Below are positions 23,245 to 36,111 of a stretch of DNA of 64,000 nt, in pieces. Numbering within the stretch: the first letter of the stretch is position 1; every line of letters begins with the position of its first letter. The notes below the pieces were generated by a model, which searched no databases, was not told the origin of the DNA, and was given only the letters and a program-made list of their open reading frames with translations. The stretch covers positions 14,944,001 to 15,008,000 of the forward strand of contig CM059433.1 of the NCBI GenBank assembly GCA_030390025.1. Reading direction: 5' to 3'. This stretch comes from Squalus acanthias. Lineage: Eukaryota. A program made the translations under genes and the position numbers.

Positions 23245-23720
23245 CTTTGTGGCTTCAGCATATGCAATCTCTAGGATGCGCTGCAGCAATTCACCAAGGT
23301 TACTTCAACAGAACCTCCCCTTCCCTGCAACCTTTGCCACTGTGAAGGACAAGAGCAGGAATGTCATGGAAACACACTCACCCCCCAAGTTCCCTTACCA
23401 CACGGACTGCAGTGGTTCAAGAAGGCGGCTCACCACCACCTTCTCAAGGGCAACTAGGGATGGGCAATAAATGCTGGCCTTGCCAGCGACGCCCACATCC
23501 CGTGAATAAATAAAAAGAACATCAAACACCACCCTGATGAGGACATATATTGCTGTTCATAATCCTGGATTTCCATGCCTAACACCATTGTGGGAGCACC
23601 ATCTCCACAAGGACTATAACGGTTCAAGGAGAAGGCCCACCATCACCTTCTCTGGGCAACTAGGGCTGGGCAATAAATATGGCATGGCCAGCATTGCTGC
23701 ATCCTGAGAACAAACTTTTA
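23245..23720 (+). mobile_element. Two successive degenerate 3' ends of the CR1/L2-group LINE
   Basis: GGTTCAAG..AGG..CAC..CACCTTCTC..GGGCAACTAGGG.TGGGCAATAAAT occurs twice; matches 29530-29920 and 51475-51850. Confidence 0.75.
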
Positions 23721-24632
23721 AAATGTACACTCTTTCCCATCCCCTGACGGTGAGTTATTGCCAGGAGGCTCAGTTGGGCCAGAGCTTGCTATGAATAATT
23801 AATAAGGCTGTCCTGAGAACTTGAGAAGATGGCCCAGCACAATATCAGCGAGTGGCAAGGTCAGCTACTTTAGCACTCACTGAAAAATCCACCCTTTCAA
23901 CACATTGCAATATGTGAGCAAATCCTGAAAAGGATTTTAAATTTACCCTCTTGTGGAAAATTGCATAAGGAGATTCTGGCAATACCTTCCAAATGCTCAC
24001 CCAAAATACCTAATAAATGACCCATAAATACATATATTTGTCAAAACTGAGCACAGTTCACAGGATGCAGAAAAAGCAAAGAAAATACAGCTACAAAATC
24101 AGAACCAGCTAGCAAGTTCTCCCAAGTCAATATCAGCACAGGGATCCTTTGAGAGGTCTCTGATTTTGCTAGACAATGGCAAATTTGGGGCCAGTGAAAT
24201 AACTCACTATTTTTGGAGGAGAGCATTGTTACAGAGCAGTGAGATAAATCTCTGCTCCCCAGTAAAAAGAGGGGCAAGTCTAGAACCAGTGAAAACCCTG
24301 AGATGCCAATGAGGGGCAATCTCAGTCTAGCTAATTAGGCAGAAGATACTGAAATGTTTGGAGATATCTTGCCATGCACTTAGCACTTGCTGCATGAAAG
24401 GGTGACTTCTTGCAGATGCTGGGACAGTAGCACTCAGCGCAAATGGCAAAAGAGAATCAGGGAGGGCTTTAGAATAAACCTATCCAAGACTGCAATGGTG
24501 AGGGACAACCCAATTCTAAAATAAATAAATGGGGGTCCACCTTGTCTTCTTCCCTGCTCAACAGAAGACGACAGCACCTTAAACGGGACATGAAATTCCT
24601 GCAGCAAATTGACAATTTTCAATCAAGGTCCA

Positions 24633-24847
24633 TGACGTAATAAAGACTCGCTACGCACTTGAACATAAAGCAAGGCTTTAATCAACTTGAAACAAAACAT
24701 GGAGGTCTAGTTAGCAGTCACTAGCTTCCTGTTTCCAGATTGTCTCTGCCCAAGGTGGGCCCATGCCTGAGTATTTATACTCCCTGGACGGCGCCCCAGC
24801 TGGCCGCCCAGTAGTACTTCCTGAGTTGTTACTTGCGATTTATGACA
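24633..24847 (-). mobile_element. Solo LTR, same family as 22684-22912
   Basis: TGTCAT...ACGTCA on minus, 5-bp TSD GTCCA, shared AGTATAAATACTC.GGCATGGGCCCA core and ATTAAAGC. Confidence 0.78.
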
Positions 24848-25045
24848 GTCCACAAAAGGCAGATTTTGATATGTGGACCAGGAACATTTGAGGCATGTGA
24901 AGTATCTGGGGACTATGTTCATCTCTGAAATACTCATGCTCTCCCACAAAAATAGTAAAAGACAAAATCCAAAAGTCTAATTCATCATAGACAGTATTAA
25001 AAATGGTGGGAAACGGCTAAGTGGGTAAAGGCACCACCTGGAGTA

Positions 25046-25878
25046 AGAACATAAGAACATAAGAAATAGGAGCAGGAATAGGCCACTTGGCCCCTCGAGC
25101 CTGCTCCGCCATTCAATAAGATCAAGGCTGATCTTGGGCTCAAAGCCACTTCTCTGCCCTGCTCCCCATAACCCTTCACTCCCTTATCTTGCAAAAATCT
25201 ATCTATCTCCACCTTAAATGTATTTAATGACCCAGCCTCCACGGCTCTCTGTGGCAGAGAATTCCACGGATTTACGACCCTCTGAGAGAAGAAATTCCTC
25301 CTCATCTCAGTTCTAAAAGGGCGACCCTTTATTCTGAAACTATACCCCCGAGTTCCAGATTCCCCCATGAGGGGAAACATCCTCTCTGCATCTACCTTGT
25401 CGAGCCCCCTCAGCATCTTATATGTTTCAATAAGATCACCTCTCATTCTTCTAAATTCCAATGAGTATCGGCCCAACCTGCTCAACCTTTCCTCATAAGT
25501 CAACCCCTTCATCTCTGGAATTAACCTAGTGAATCGTCTCGGAACTGCCTCCAATGCAACTATATCCTTCCTTAAATAAGGAGACCAAAACTGTACGCAG
25601 TACTCAAGGTGTGGTCTCACCAATACCCTATACAGTTGTAGCAGGACTTCCCTGCTTTTATACTCCAACCCCCTTGAAATAAAGGCCAACATTCCATTTG
25701 CCTTTTTGATTACTTGCTATACCTGCATGCTAACTTTTTGTGTTTCATGCACAAGGACCCCCAGGTCCCTCTGAACTGTAGCATTTTGTAATCACTCTCC
25801 ATTTAAATAATAATTTGCTTTTTTATTTTTCCTGCCAAAGTGGATAACCTCGCACTTTCCCACATTGTACTCCATCTC
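25046..25878 (-). mobile_element. CR1 3' fragment
   Basis: MLAFISRGLEYKSREVLLQLY..RGDLIETYK..; (TTCTTATG)n tail. Confidence 0.92.
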
Positions 25879-25889
25879 ATATAGACTAG

Positions 25890-26145
25890 AAAGAACCAGG
25901 TTCAATTCCTGGTCTGTGCTGAGTTAACTCATCTCAATCAATGAGTTGCTGCAACTGGCTGCAGTGTCCCAGGGGTGGGAGGCGAATCAGTCTGGGTTCT
26001 TCCTTCTGATTGTTATTCACTGACCCCCCACTAAAATGTACTCAGGTGGATATCAGGTGAGGACACTATGGAACAAGTTTTGGTGTATTCTATGATTGAA
26101 TGGACGATCAATAGTACTGTCTAGACTCACTTGAAGAATGACCAC
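25890..26145 (+). mobile_element. Possible old tRNA-derived SINE
   Basis: B-box-like GGTTCAATTCC followed by TGGTCTGTGCTGAGTT; highly diverged. Confidence 0.35.
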
Positions 26146-27654
26146 TTTAGAGGTACTGGAGGGCTCTGGTCCACATGGACCCAAATGCCTGCAAGAATTG
26201 GGAGAAAATTGGGAAAACAATATCTTGGACTAAGGCACTGCCTCAAAATGCTGACTCTTCAAAGGAAGACTTGTTCTTTCATGCTTGGGGTGCGGGGGGA
26301 GGAACAGAAAACTACATATTCCAGGAATCTGCTGCTCTTTTGCATTGTAGAATACATTCCACCAAGATCCTGTTTATTATAAAATCTAACAAGATGCTTT
26401 TCTTGCTGACCTGAGCAAAAAAAACAGGCGCTAGGGCATGTTCTGCTTTACCCAGCAGTTTGCACGAGAGGATGGAACATAATGTGTGTTTATTTGTTCA
26501 GTTTCACAACTGCATCACATTTCACATTTCCAATTAATTAGTTAGTTCTGTTTGTTGGCAATTGAAAACAATTTTCAAGGGAGTAACCTTAAAACTAAGA
26601 AGATATTAACCTGACATACAGTGAAATCCTGTTGGAAGCTATGTGTATGACATTAACACGTGGTATGCAGACAGAATTATGTAATAACATGATTGACTAT
26701 TGAACAAATATAATGTATGGAGAAAATATATGGAGACAAATTGGGATTTGGAAAGATTTTGAACATGAACAGAACATTCCCAATAATTTACTTTGGGGAT
26801 ATGAAATTCCTCTGTGCATCAGAGCTAAATCACACAGAGCAGATCTTCATGTTTCCACTGATTTGCTTATGAACAGATTGTTGCATCTGTGGATATCTTA
26901 CTGATGGTTCTCTGCATCCTGTCTCTGAGGGAACAGAAGCCAGCCATCATTTTGTCTTGGATTTTGAATCGTCAAGAGTCGACAGCATCAGCTGAAACAC
27001 TCTTCAGAGATGCTCAAACTGTGCTCGGAACCTGCATGACTACGGTCTCCTCTGCAGATGTTACTGATAATGTATTATGCTCAACAACAGTGTGTGGAGC
27101 AAAGACTTCTTCCTGCATGTCTGGCTGGATCGTAACTGTACCAAACCCAGTTTGCATCATGCTCTGTAAGGAGTTAAGTGACCAGTGCACCCATTCGTGT
27201 TCTTTATTTGTCTCGCAGCTAGCTGTAAGTTAGAGTCACAAAGTGATCCAACAGGAAGCATGTCGATGCTTAGCCATTGCTCAGCAGCTACCAGCCCTTC
27301 TTCAACTCCAGCTCAAGCTCTTTCATGCCCTGTGAAGTGATTTGCCCTTTGCATCTAGTGATGTGTGATGTGTGGGCTCTGTAGTACAGAGTGACTAGCT
27401 TGCTCCTCCTGAGATTTTGGTATACCTGCAAGAAAGGGGACATAATACTTTGCCCATTACAAAGCCAAGTGGGAAATTCCAATCCTGATTCCTGGAGTTC
27501 AAGTGGAAGTCTGGCAGAACCATCAAGGAAATTCGACCCCCATTTGTCAAAAGTTTTACGTCTATGGGAATGCAGTGATAGATATATGAGGGTAGAGCAA
27601 TAACAGTGTTGCTTATGGTTCATGCTCGCAACATAATATTATCCAGTCACATGA

Positions 27655-29005
27655 TCATTTGAACCGATCACCAAACCGATCACTCAACTGATCACCCAAC
27701 CGATCAATCAACCGATCACTCAACCGATCACTCAACCGATCACCCAACCGATCACCCAACCGATCACTCAACCGATCACCAAACCGATCACTCAACTGAT
27801 CACCCAACCGATCACTCAACCAATCACTCAACCGATCACTCAACCTATCACCCAACTGATCACTTAACCGATCACTCAACCTATCACTCAACCGATCACC
27901 TAACCGATCACTCAACCGATCACTCAACCGATCACTCAACCGATCACTCAACCTATCACTCAACCGATCACCTAACCGATCACTCAACCGATCACTCAAC
28001 CTATCACTCAACTGATCACCCAACCGATCACTCAATCGATCACCCAACCGATCACTCAACCGATCACCAAACCGATCACTCAACTGATCACCCAACCGAT
28101 CACTCAACCGTTCACCCAACCGATCACTCAACCGATCATTCAACCGATCACCCAACCGATCACTCAACCTATCACTCAACCGATCACCCAACCGATCACT
28201 CAACCGATCACTCAACCGATCACTCAACCAATCACTCAACCGATCACCTAACCGATCACTCAACCGATCACTCAACCGATCACCCAACCTATCACTCAAC
28301 CGATCACCTAACCGATCACTCAACCGATCACTCAACCTATCACTCAACTGATCACCCAACCGATCACTCAATCGATCACCCAACCGATCACTCAACCGAT
28401 CACCAAACCGATCACTCAACTGATCACCCAACCGATCACTCAACCGATCACCCAACCGATCACTCAACCGATCACTCAACCAATCACCCAACCGATCACT
28501 CAACCTATCACTCAACCGATCACTCAACCGATCACCCAACCGATCACTCAACCGATCACTCAACCGATCACTCAACCTATCACTCAACCGATCACCTAAC
28601 CGATCACTCAACCGATCACTCAACCGATCACCCAACCGATCGCCCAACCTATCACCCAACCGATCACTCAACCTATCACCCAACCGATCACTTAACCGAT
28701 CACTCAACCTATCATCCAACAGATCACTCAATCGATTAATCAACCGATCACTCAACCGATCACTCAACCTATCACTCAACCAATCACTCAACTGATCACT
28801 CAATCGATTAATCAACCGATCACTCAACCGATCACTCAACCTATCACTCAACCAATCACTCAACCGATCATCCAACCGATCACTCAACTGTTCACTCAAC
28901 CGATCACTCAACCGATCACTCAACCGATCACTCAACCTATCACCCAACCGATCACCCAACCGATCACTCAACCGATCACTCAACCTATCACCCAACCAAT
29001 CACCT
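27655..29005. repeat. 12-bp minisatellite (CAACCGATCACT)n, ~112 units
   Basis: Directly visible; substitution variants only, so the minus strand reads (SDRL/GDRL)n for 446 codons. Confidence 0.97.
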
Positions 29006-29529
29006 ACAGCCTGACTAATTTCATCACCAATCTCTCACACCCAGCCCCAACAGATCTCAATCCACAGCCTAGGTTCACCCTCATTTCTTTTGAATCATCA
29101 TTAATTTCCTCCTTTAATTGTTTGAGGATTCGAAAATGTATCATATCTGGCCCAGAATTTTAGTACTTCCACTTTCTGTATAACACATTCTTTATTAACT
29201 TCTATATGTGTTATGAATCATTTACCTGGACTGGAATTTGTCTCTTTCAATCCACTCAATACATCTGCCATATCTTAATCATGTACAATGGATTTAATGA
29301 ACCCACATGTTTCTTGACCTTGCTTTTAATATTAAGATAGTTGTAAAATTTTAAGTCCCTCTTTCTGCCCTCCCTGAGTTAATTCTATTTCTCTATTACT
29401 TTTTCTGATATTTTTAGGATTCCTATTACATTATGTGTGAATCCTAGTCCTGCCTATTTTCCTCTGTTTTGGATCCTTTAAAGTATCTCTGCTTGTTTTG
29501 TAGTTCCCTTTTGACCTCCTAATTAAACC

Positions 29530-29920
29530 ACTCCACAACCGGTGCAACGTGGCTGCAGTGTGTACCATCTACAAGATGCAATGCAGCAACTCGCCAAGGT
29601 TTCTTCGACAGCACCTCTCAAACCTGCGACCTCCACAACCTAGAAGGACAATGGCAGCAGGCGCATGGGAACACCACCACCTCCAAGTTCCCCTCCAGGT
29701 CACACAGCATCCTGACTTGGAAATATATTGTCATTCCTTCATTATTGCTGGGTCAAAATCCTGAAACTCCCTATCTAACTGCACTGTGGGAGTACTTTCA
29801 CCACACGCACTGCAGCGGTTCAAGAAGGCGGCTCACCACTACCTTCTCAAGGGCAATTAGGGACGGGCAATAAATGCTGGCCTTGTGAGCAATGCCCACA
29901 TCCCATGAATGAATAAAAAA
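29530..29920 (+). mobile_element. 3' end of the CR1/L2-group LINE
   Basis: VAAVCTIYKMQCSNSPR..; ends CCCACATCCCATGAATGAATAAAAAA. Confidence 0.85.
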
Positions 29921-30144
29921 TTGTGGTGTAGCTCTTGGTATGTGTCTCTTGTATTTAAACTGAGTAAGCTTCCTTTCCATATCCTGTATGATGGTTCTAA
30001 ATAAATTATGTTATGATTATCCTCATCTTTGTTTTCTTTTCCATTTGTTCAAAATGTAAATGAGTCATTGGAGGAACTGGAACAGCAACAGAAAACGCTG
30101 GAAAAACTCAGCAGGCCAGGCAACATCTGTGGAGAGAGAAACAG

Positions 30145-30181
30145 AGTTAACGTTTCAGGTCGAAGACCCTTCGTCAGAACT
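30145..30181 (-). ncRNA. Minimal hammerhead motif, intact core, in a short Penelope-like terminus (~30085-30200)
   Basis: Minus strand AGTT-CTGACGA-AG-GGTC-TTC-GACC-T-GAAA-CGTT-AACT. Confidence 0.75.
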
Positions 30182-30228
30182 GAGAAAAAAGCAGGAAATG
30201 AAACAGATAAAAAAGCAAGGGGGAGACT

Positions 30229-30906
30229 GGGGGGAGGATATTGAGTGGCGCCCCCTGCCTTACCGCCTGCCGTTAGCAACAACAGGTTGAGGGGAGCATT
30301 TTGCAGTCGGGAAGGGACTGGGGGAGCGCTATTTAAAGGCGACCGCTTCCTGCCTTTTTTTGTTGGCGACATTTTTGCACCACGCATTCTGAGAGAGAGA
30401 GAGAGAGACTTCTGGAGAGATTCAAAGCTGTGTGAAGGAGTTTGAGCAGCACTTTGCAGGTTCATTTTGATTTGGCCTTCCTTGCATCGATTTAGAAGAG
30501 ACTCTGGGGGCTGCACTCTGAGCTCTTTCCCTGGGCCTCTCCATTGTTCTTCCCAGCAGATTTGATGTACAGGTCTCTCCAGGCCGAGATTCAAGGCTGC
30601 AATTAGCAGGGTGTGGATGGAGAGCAAGATCAATCCTCCCCTTTAAGAACTGGCCGGCGCCAGTGTGTCTGTGTTCCATTGCTGACTGACATCACATGAG
30701 CTTCGCCAGCGCTCTGCGGTAGCGCCTCGCTCCTCGGCGCTAGCACCTTAAGAGAGGTGTGTAGCGCCTGATTTATTGCTCCAAACACCTCCAGGGGCGA
30801 TAGAAGCCAAGTTTGCAGTCGGAGGCGATAATTAGCGCCAGGCGCTAAACTTTGCGCCCGGCCGATAATTGCGCCCCAAACGGGGTGATACCAAATTTCT
30901 CCCCCC
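30229..30906. mobile_element. Harbinger-type MITE
   Basis: Ends GGGGGGAGGATATT...AAATTTCTCCCCCC; CpG-rich subterminal GCGCC repeats; internal (GA)n. Confidence 0.6.
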
Positions 30907-31342
30907 TTGTCACTTATCTGAAAACGTGACACACTCCGGTTAAAAAAAAGTCAACTGAACTGAATGGAGCTTTTAAGAAATATTTCAAGACAGGCCCCTA
31001 CAATGACTTGATCTTCAAGAATTCACTCAGAAGCTATAATGCCATGGTTCAATTATGTGGTAATATTTTGTGATGAGATACCTTTCTGATTGAGCCATGT
31101 TCTTTGCTTCATCAGTTCAACAGATCATTCAGGAGTAAAATTCATCTGACATAAGAGAGCATTCTAAGTCCAGCAGTAAAGTTTAAAATGTAGATTCAAA
31201 ATTTTGAAGATTGGGTATTAATAAAAGTAACATTTGAGTGCCAGATCTTTAAAGCTATACTGTTCAGTCACAAATTTACATTTAATACACAAACATTCCA
31301 ACTGTTGTCTCTGTGTGTGGTCTTTGGCTTCTGCCCATTCTA

Positions 31343-31980
31343 CTTAGGCAGTCCCTCGGAACCGAGGATGACTTGCTTCCACACTAAAAATGAGTTCTCA
31401 GGTGACTGATGAGTCCAATGCGGGACCTACAGTCTCTGTCACAGGTGGGGCAGACGGTGGTTGAAGAGGCAGGTGGGTGGGGTACTTGGGTTGACGTGCG
31501 CTCCTTCCGCTGTTTGTGCTTGGCTTCCGTTTGCTCCCGGCGAAGAGACTCGAGGTGTTCGACGCCTTCCCGGATGCTTCTCCTCCACTTTGTGCGGTCT
31601 TGGGCCAGGGATTCCCAGGTGTCAGTGGGGATGTTGCACTTTTTCAAGGAGGCTTTGAGGGTGTCCTTGAAGCATTTCCTCTGCCCACCTGGGGCTGTCT
31701 TGCCGTGTCGGAGCTCTGAGTATAGCGCTTGTTTTAGGAGTCTCGTATTGGGCATGCAGATGATGTGGCCCATCCATCGGAGCTGATCGAGCGTGGTCAA
31801 AGATTCGATGCTAGGGATGTTGACCTGACGTTGGTGCGCCTATCCTGCCAATGGATTTGCAGGATCTTGCGGAGGTAGCGTTGGTGGTACCTCTCCAGTG
31901 CTTTGAGGTGCCGGCTGTACAATGTCCATGTCTCTGAAGCATACAGGAGGGCGGGTATCACTACTGCTCTGTAGACCATG
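31343..31980 (-). mobile_element. RTE LINE 3' fragment
   Basis: MVYRAVVIPALLYASETW..LRWMGHI..KQALYSEL..CRSRIGLISHLRTH. Confidence 0.92.
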
Positions 31981-32652
31981 GTTATTAACCATGGTTATTA
32001 ACCATTACATGGTTATTATCCACAGACACCATTTAAAAAAATATCCCACCCAATGCTGGTGGGTGTAACGTTTCATACCAAAATATATTTCACAATAGTT
32101 TAACACACGATTGAATTGTATTATTTTAGCTTGTATAATCTGGCTGGTATCAGTTTATTACAGACACAGTGGGGAGATTTTTAACCACCAAGAATGGACG
32201 GGTTAGGAGCGGGTGTGGGTTAAAATGTGTGATTTTTAGAGTGGGAGTGCAACCCGGCTCCGACTGGCCCCCTTCCGGGTTTAACGAAGGTGCATTTGGA
32301 TGCAGGCGAGAAACCTACTCACTGAAATCTGGGATTTAATAATTGGATGTGGGCAGGTACTTATTTGCTCAATTAAGAGGCGTTAATTAATTATTTTTAA
32401 ATTGTTTTTAACTTGGCTCCAAATTTAACTTGAGCAGAACCGGTTTCCCGGGGCTCGGGAAACTGACAAGGGAAATGGAGGCGAGTTTGAGCAGCAGTTC
32501 AGGTGGGTATTTAAACCACTTATTGTCCCATCTAAATAAAAGCTCACTTATTGCAGCTGGTTTCTCAGTTCACTCTGGCATAAGTTTGGCAGAGAGCTTG
32601 TGTGGGTACAGCTTTTTTCAAGCTTTGAGGATTTGAAATTGACAAGATCAGG

Positions 32653-33933
32653 ATGGGAGGTGCCTTTGATGTGTTTGACAGCACATCAGAAGAGGAAGAC
32701 CATCACCATCCATGCTGCGACGGTATGCTGTGGTGGGATCAGCACGTTCACAGCAGGGAGTTGCACGCGAGGGAGTTGAACAAAATAGAGGTGCACAGAA
32801 GGGAGGTGCATGCGAGGGAGTTGAACAAGATAGAGGTGCATAGGAGGGAGTTGCACAGGAGAGAAATGCACAGGAGAGGGGCCAAGGTCACAGGAGGCAG
32901 TACACACGTCACTGCGTTTACAGACAGATGCTCAGCTTTCTTGACCGCTCAGAAAAGCAGTGCTTCCACAGGCTGAGGTTGTCATGTCGGATGGTGGTCG
33001 TCATCTGCAGTCTCCTACAGGAAGACCTGTTGCCTGCTGGACCTGGTGGCCATACATTACCAGTGGCTGTGAAAGTGACCTCCGCCCTCAACTTTTTCGC
33101 CTCCAGATCCTTCCAGGGCGCTATCGGCCACATATCCAGGATCTCCCAGTCAGCTGCACGTAAATAAATTAGGCAGGTCACTGATGGGTTGTTTGCCAGG
33201 GCTGACAATTGTGTAACTTTCCCCTGCGATGAAAATAGCCAGAAGGAGTAGGCTTTCGGATTCGCCTCTCTGGCTGGATTCAGGGTGCCATCGACTGCAC
33301 ACACGAGGCAATCCGAGCACCACCACAGCAACCAGGAGTTTTTATAAATCACAAGGGATATTCGTCCATCAATGCACAGCTGGTGTGCCACCACAAGAAG
33401 AGGCTCATGCAGGTGTGCACCAGATTCCTTGGGATCTGTCATGATGCCTTCATACTGGGGCAGTCCAACATCCCAGACCTTTTCGTTCCAGGAAGCAGAC
33501 TTAAGGAAACAAGGGATACCCACTTCAAACTTGGCTCATGACACCTGTGAGGAACCGCACCAATGAGGAGCAGGAGTGCCACAACAAGAGCCATATGACC
33601 ACTAGGTGTGTCATCGAGCAAGCCATTGGAATGCTGAAGATGCGCTTCAGGTGCCTCGATAGGTCTGTAGGTGTCCTTCAGTACTCACCAGGGAGGGTGT
33701 CCAGAAATAAAGTGGTGTGCTGTGTCCTGCACAACATTGCTCAGCAGAGAGGATTGCAGGTGGAGGAGGAGGAAGGGGCTCATCACTCATCTTCGGACGA
33801 GGAGAGCATTGAGGAGAAGGAGGAGCAGGCGGAGGAGGAGGAGGATGAAGATGGGGCACCCATCTCTAGACCAGGAACTTACATTGTTGGCCGGAATGCC
33901 AGGAATGCCCTAATATCATGAAGGGTCACCTAG
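32653..33933 (+). pseudogene. Harbinger (HARBI1-like) DDE transposase with frameshifts and stops
   Basis: VYRQMLSFLDRSEKQCFHRLRLS, LPVAVKVTSALNFFAS.SFQ, GAIDCTH, FINHKGYSSINAQLVC, CHDAFIL, KGYP, TRCVIEQAIGMLKMRFRCLD, CCVLHNIA, acidic tail. Confidence 0.92.
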
Positions 33934-34974
33934 TGTGAAACGTAACAAATGAAATCCTGCGGTCCGCTGTCCTGCCTGCCCTGACTGTTGACATGCTTTT
34001 AGCCGACACCCTCTTGGTTTTGGAACCCCTGAGGGCCCCAACAAAGATTGCTCCACCTGCACCTGTACAGGGACAGACTCAGTCATCAGGGGATGAGTGA
34101 GAACGGGTGAGAAGTGGGAACGCTTTGAGCGGAGATCCTCCTTCCATGTGCCCTTTTGCCATTATCCCTCTACTGGGCTAGTGCCACATCAGTCCTACCA
34201 CTCTGCTGCAGACCAGATTGGTGAAGATCACTGACGCATTATAAGGCCACTGATAAGTATCTGTCATCCTGTATAAGGAGGCTGGCAAGTTGGCATCCAA
34301 AGTCTGCATGGCCGTGGTCATGGCCTACATGGACTCATTTGAGAGCCATGCTTGAAGCTCCATGGAGGCGGGTCTCTCTCCATGGCAGAGATTCTCACAA
34401 TTCCCTGCTCTACCAATCCACTAGTGATCGAGTTGGACTCCTCCATCCTCTCTGCTATTGCGGAGCGTGCTTGGCACGCCTGTCAGTACTGGCTAAGTTG
34501 GTGATGCACCTCTCGCATTCTCCTTCCCAACAGTAGACCCTGGGGTTCAGCAACTGTGTCCAGTTGAGTAGAGCTTGGAGAGGATTGCACCACCCCCACC
34601 CCCGACCCCCGCCCGACCCGGACTCTCCACAGCAGTCCCCGTCACCAGTGTCTTCTCGTGCTCACTTGTGAGGTGTGAATCACCAGGTGAAAACCCAACT
34701 AACTCTCTAACTGGAGCCACCGAAGTGGGAGTATTTGTGCTTTATGTCCTGTGACGATGCACCCTTAGAAAGACAGAGGTCCTCTGAGAACCCTCCTCAT
34801 GGATGTCCAGCAACACTTGCTGTACGTGTGAAGGGCCTAGACGGCAAAAGAAAGGGATATGATTTAGTCGTGGCAAAGTCACAATCTTGACAATCACCAT
34901 ATTCAATCTTCTCATACTTCAGTCATTGATGAAACGAGTCAGCATATGTGTGCCAGAGATATTTGTAATTCTGT

Positions 34975-35484
34975 CACCAGCTATCTGTGAGCCCCCTGTC
35001 TCTCTGTCTCCTGGCTGAAAGGGACGCAGATGTGTCACTTATCTCCAGCGCCTCCTCCTCTGCATCAGTTAGCTGGACAATTTGTCGCGGGCCACCTCCA
35101 GTCCTCTCGCTGTCCCTTACATTTTACTGAAAGTTGAGTGGGTGTGAGGAGTGATGTGATGGAGAATGGTTCGCAAGACAGAGTGAAAGGGGGAGGGGGT
35201 CTTAAACCACAGGATGTAGTTGAATCAGCAAATGTACTCACTTTTCCTGATTTGATTCGGTCATTAAACCACTTCCTACATTGCATCCATGACCTTGGCA
35301 CAACGCTCCTGCTGCTCATCTCCTCAGCTACCTCCAACCAGGCCTTCTCAGTGACAGCAACAGGTTTCTTCCTCCCATTGCTGGGGAAAGGTATATCGCT
35401 CCTGCTCCTGAATGCACCCAGCAGTAATTCCAGCGATGCGTCATTGAATCTGGGTGCTGCCCTCGCTCTATGTCCACCATCCAT
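34975..35484 (-). pseudogene. Harbinger Myb/SANT-like gene remnant (exon 1 35484-35242; exon-2-like piece ~35120-34975)
   Basis: RAAPRFNDASLELLL..KAWLEVAEEMSS..RSWMQCRKWFND..GK then GTGAGT; later RERTGGGPRQIVQLTDAEEEALEI. Confidence 0.85.
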
Positions 35485-36111
35485 CCTGAACACCTCCAAT
35501 TTCCATTTGTGCACTGTCCCTTTAAATACAGCTGAGATCGCATCATGCGGGTGCGCATCATGCCCGCTGCGCAGCTTGGAGACGCGAAATCCGGAAGTCA
35601 AAAGTAATTGAGTTGAGATCGCAGATTCTGACCTGCTCAGTTGACTTCCGGGTTTCCCCCACGCAATTCCAACCCTCCACCCCTCGCCGCTTGGAAGCCA
35701 CCTTCACATTACTATCGGGGTCAGTGACACAAAGAAACAGACTGCTTCAAAAATTCACAATTGTTTTCACTTTTCGAACAAAATGCTTCCTTTAAACTCA
35801 ATCTTTAACATTTTACTGCACAACCGCATGTTTTGTCAGTGCATCAATAGAAAATTGGCACTTTCAGTGCTGATGTCTTGGGTTTTGAAAGAAGAATTGT
35901 TATAGATGTCTACAAAATTATCACGAAGTAAGTGAGTAATGCAAGCATCATTTTCTTTTTGTCCCAACAATCCCACTGTACTCTGAAGTTTCCAACTTTC
36001 CTGTGTAAAATGTTTTTCTTTTGAGCTGCATCATTTAAATCCTCCATGAACAGTGGGGAATATAAAAATGGTAGACTTTCGCAGATTGTTTTTATTTACG
36101 GCTTTTACTTT

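Larger units (their letters stand above)
32171..35722. mobile_element. Decayed two-gene PIF/Harbinger transposon (convergent transposase and Myb/SANT genes)
   Basis: Left end GGGGAGATTTTTAACC; transposase on plus, Myb-like gene on minus; right end approximate. Confidence 0.85.

Noticed and set aside
24043..24312. ~90-codon open frame (KTEHSSQDAEKAKK..) as a host exon
   Set aside because: No start codon, no convincing splice sites, no recognisable homology; length compatible with chance.
22684..24847. One element bounded by long inverted repeats
   Set aside because: Each repeat has its own TSD and the interior is unrelated TE debris.
26820..27640. Coding-looking block with 111-114 aa ORFs on both strands
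   Set aside because: No recognisable motif and the frames are broken by stops; could be an old TE remnant but cannot be supported.
27655..29005. CRISPR-like array or confident repeat-protein gene
   Set aside because: No unique spacers, eukaryotic context, no ATG or flanking coding sequence; called a minisatellite.
32653..32976. 107-aa ELH/EVH repeat protein
   Set aside because: Alternative-frame reading of the 15-bp repeat in the frameshifted transposase.
32653..33933. Domesticated host HARBI1 gene
   Set aside because: Multiple stops and frameshifts, and it is paired with a convergent Myb remnant inside a transposon.
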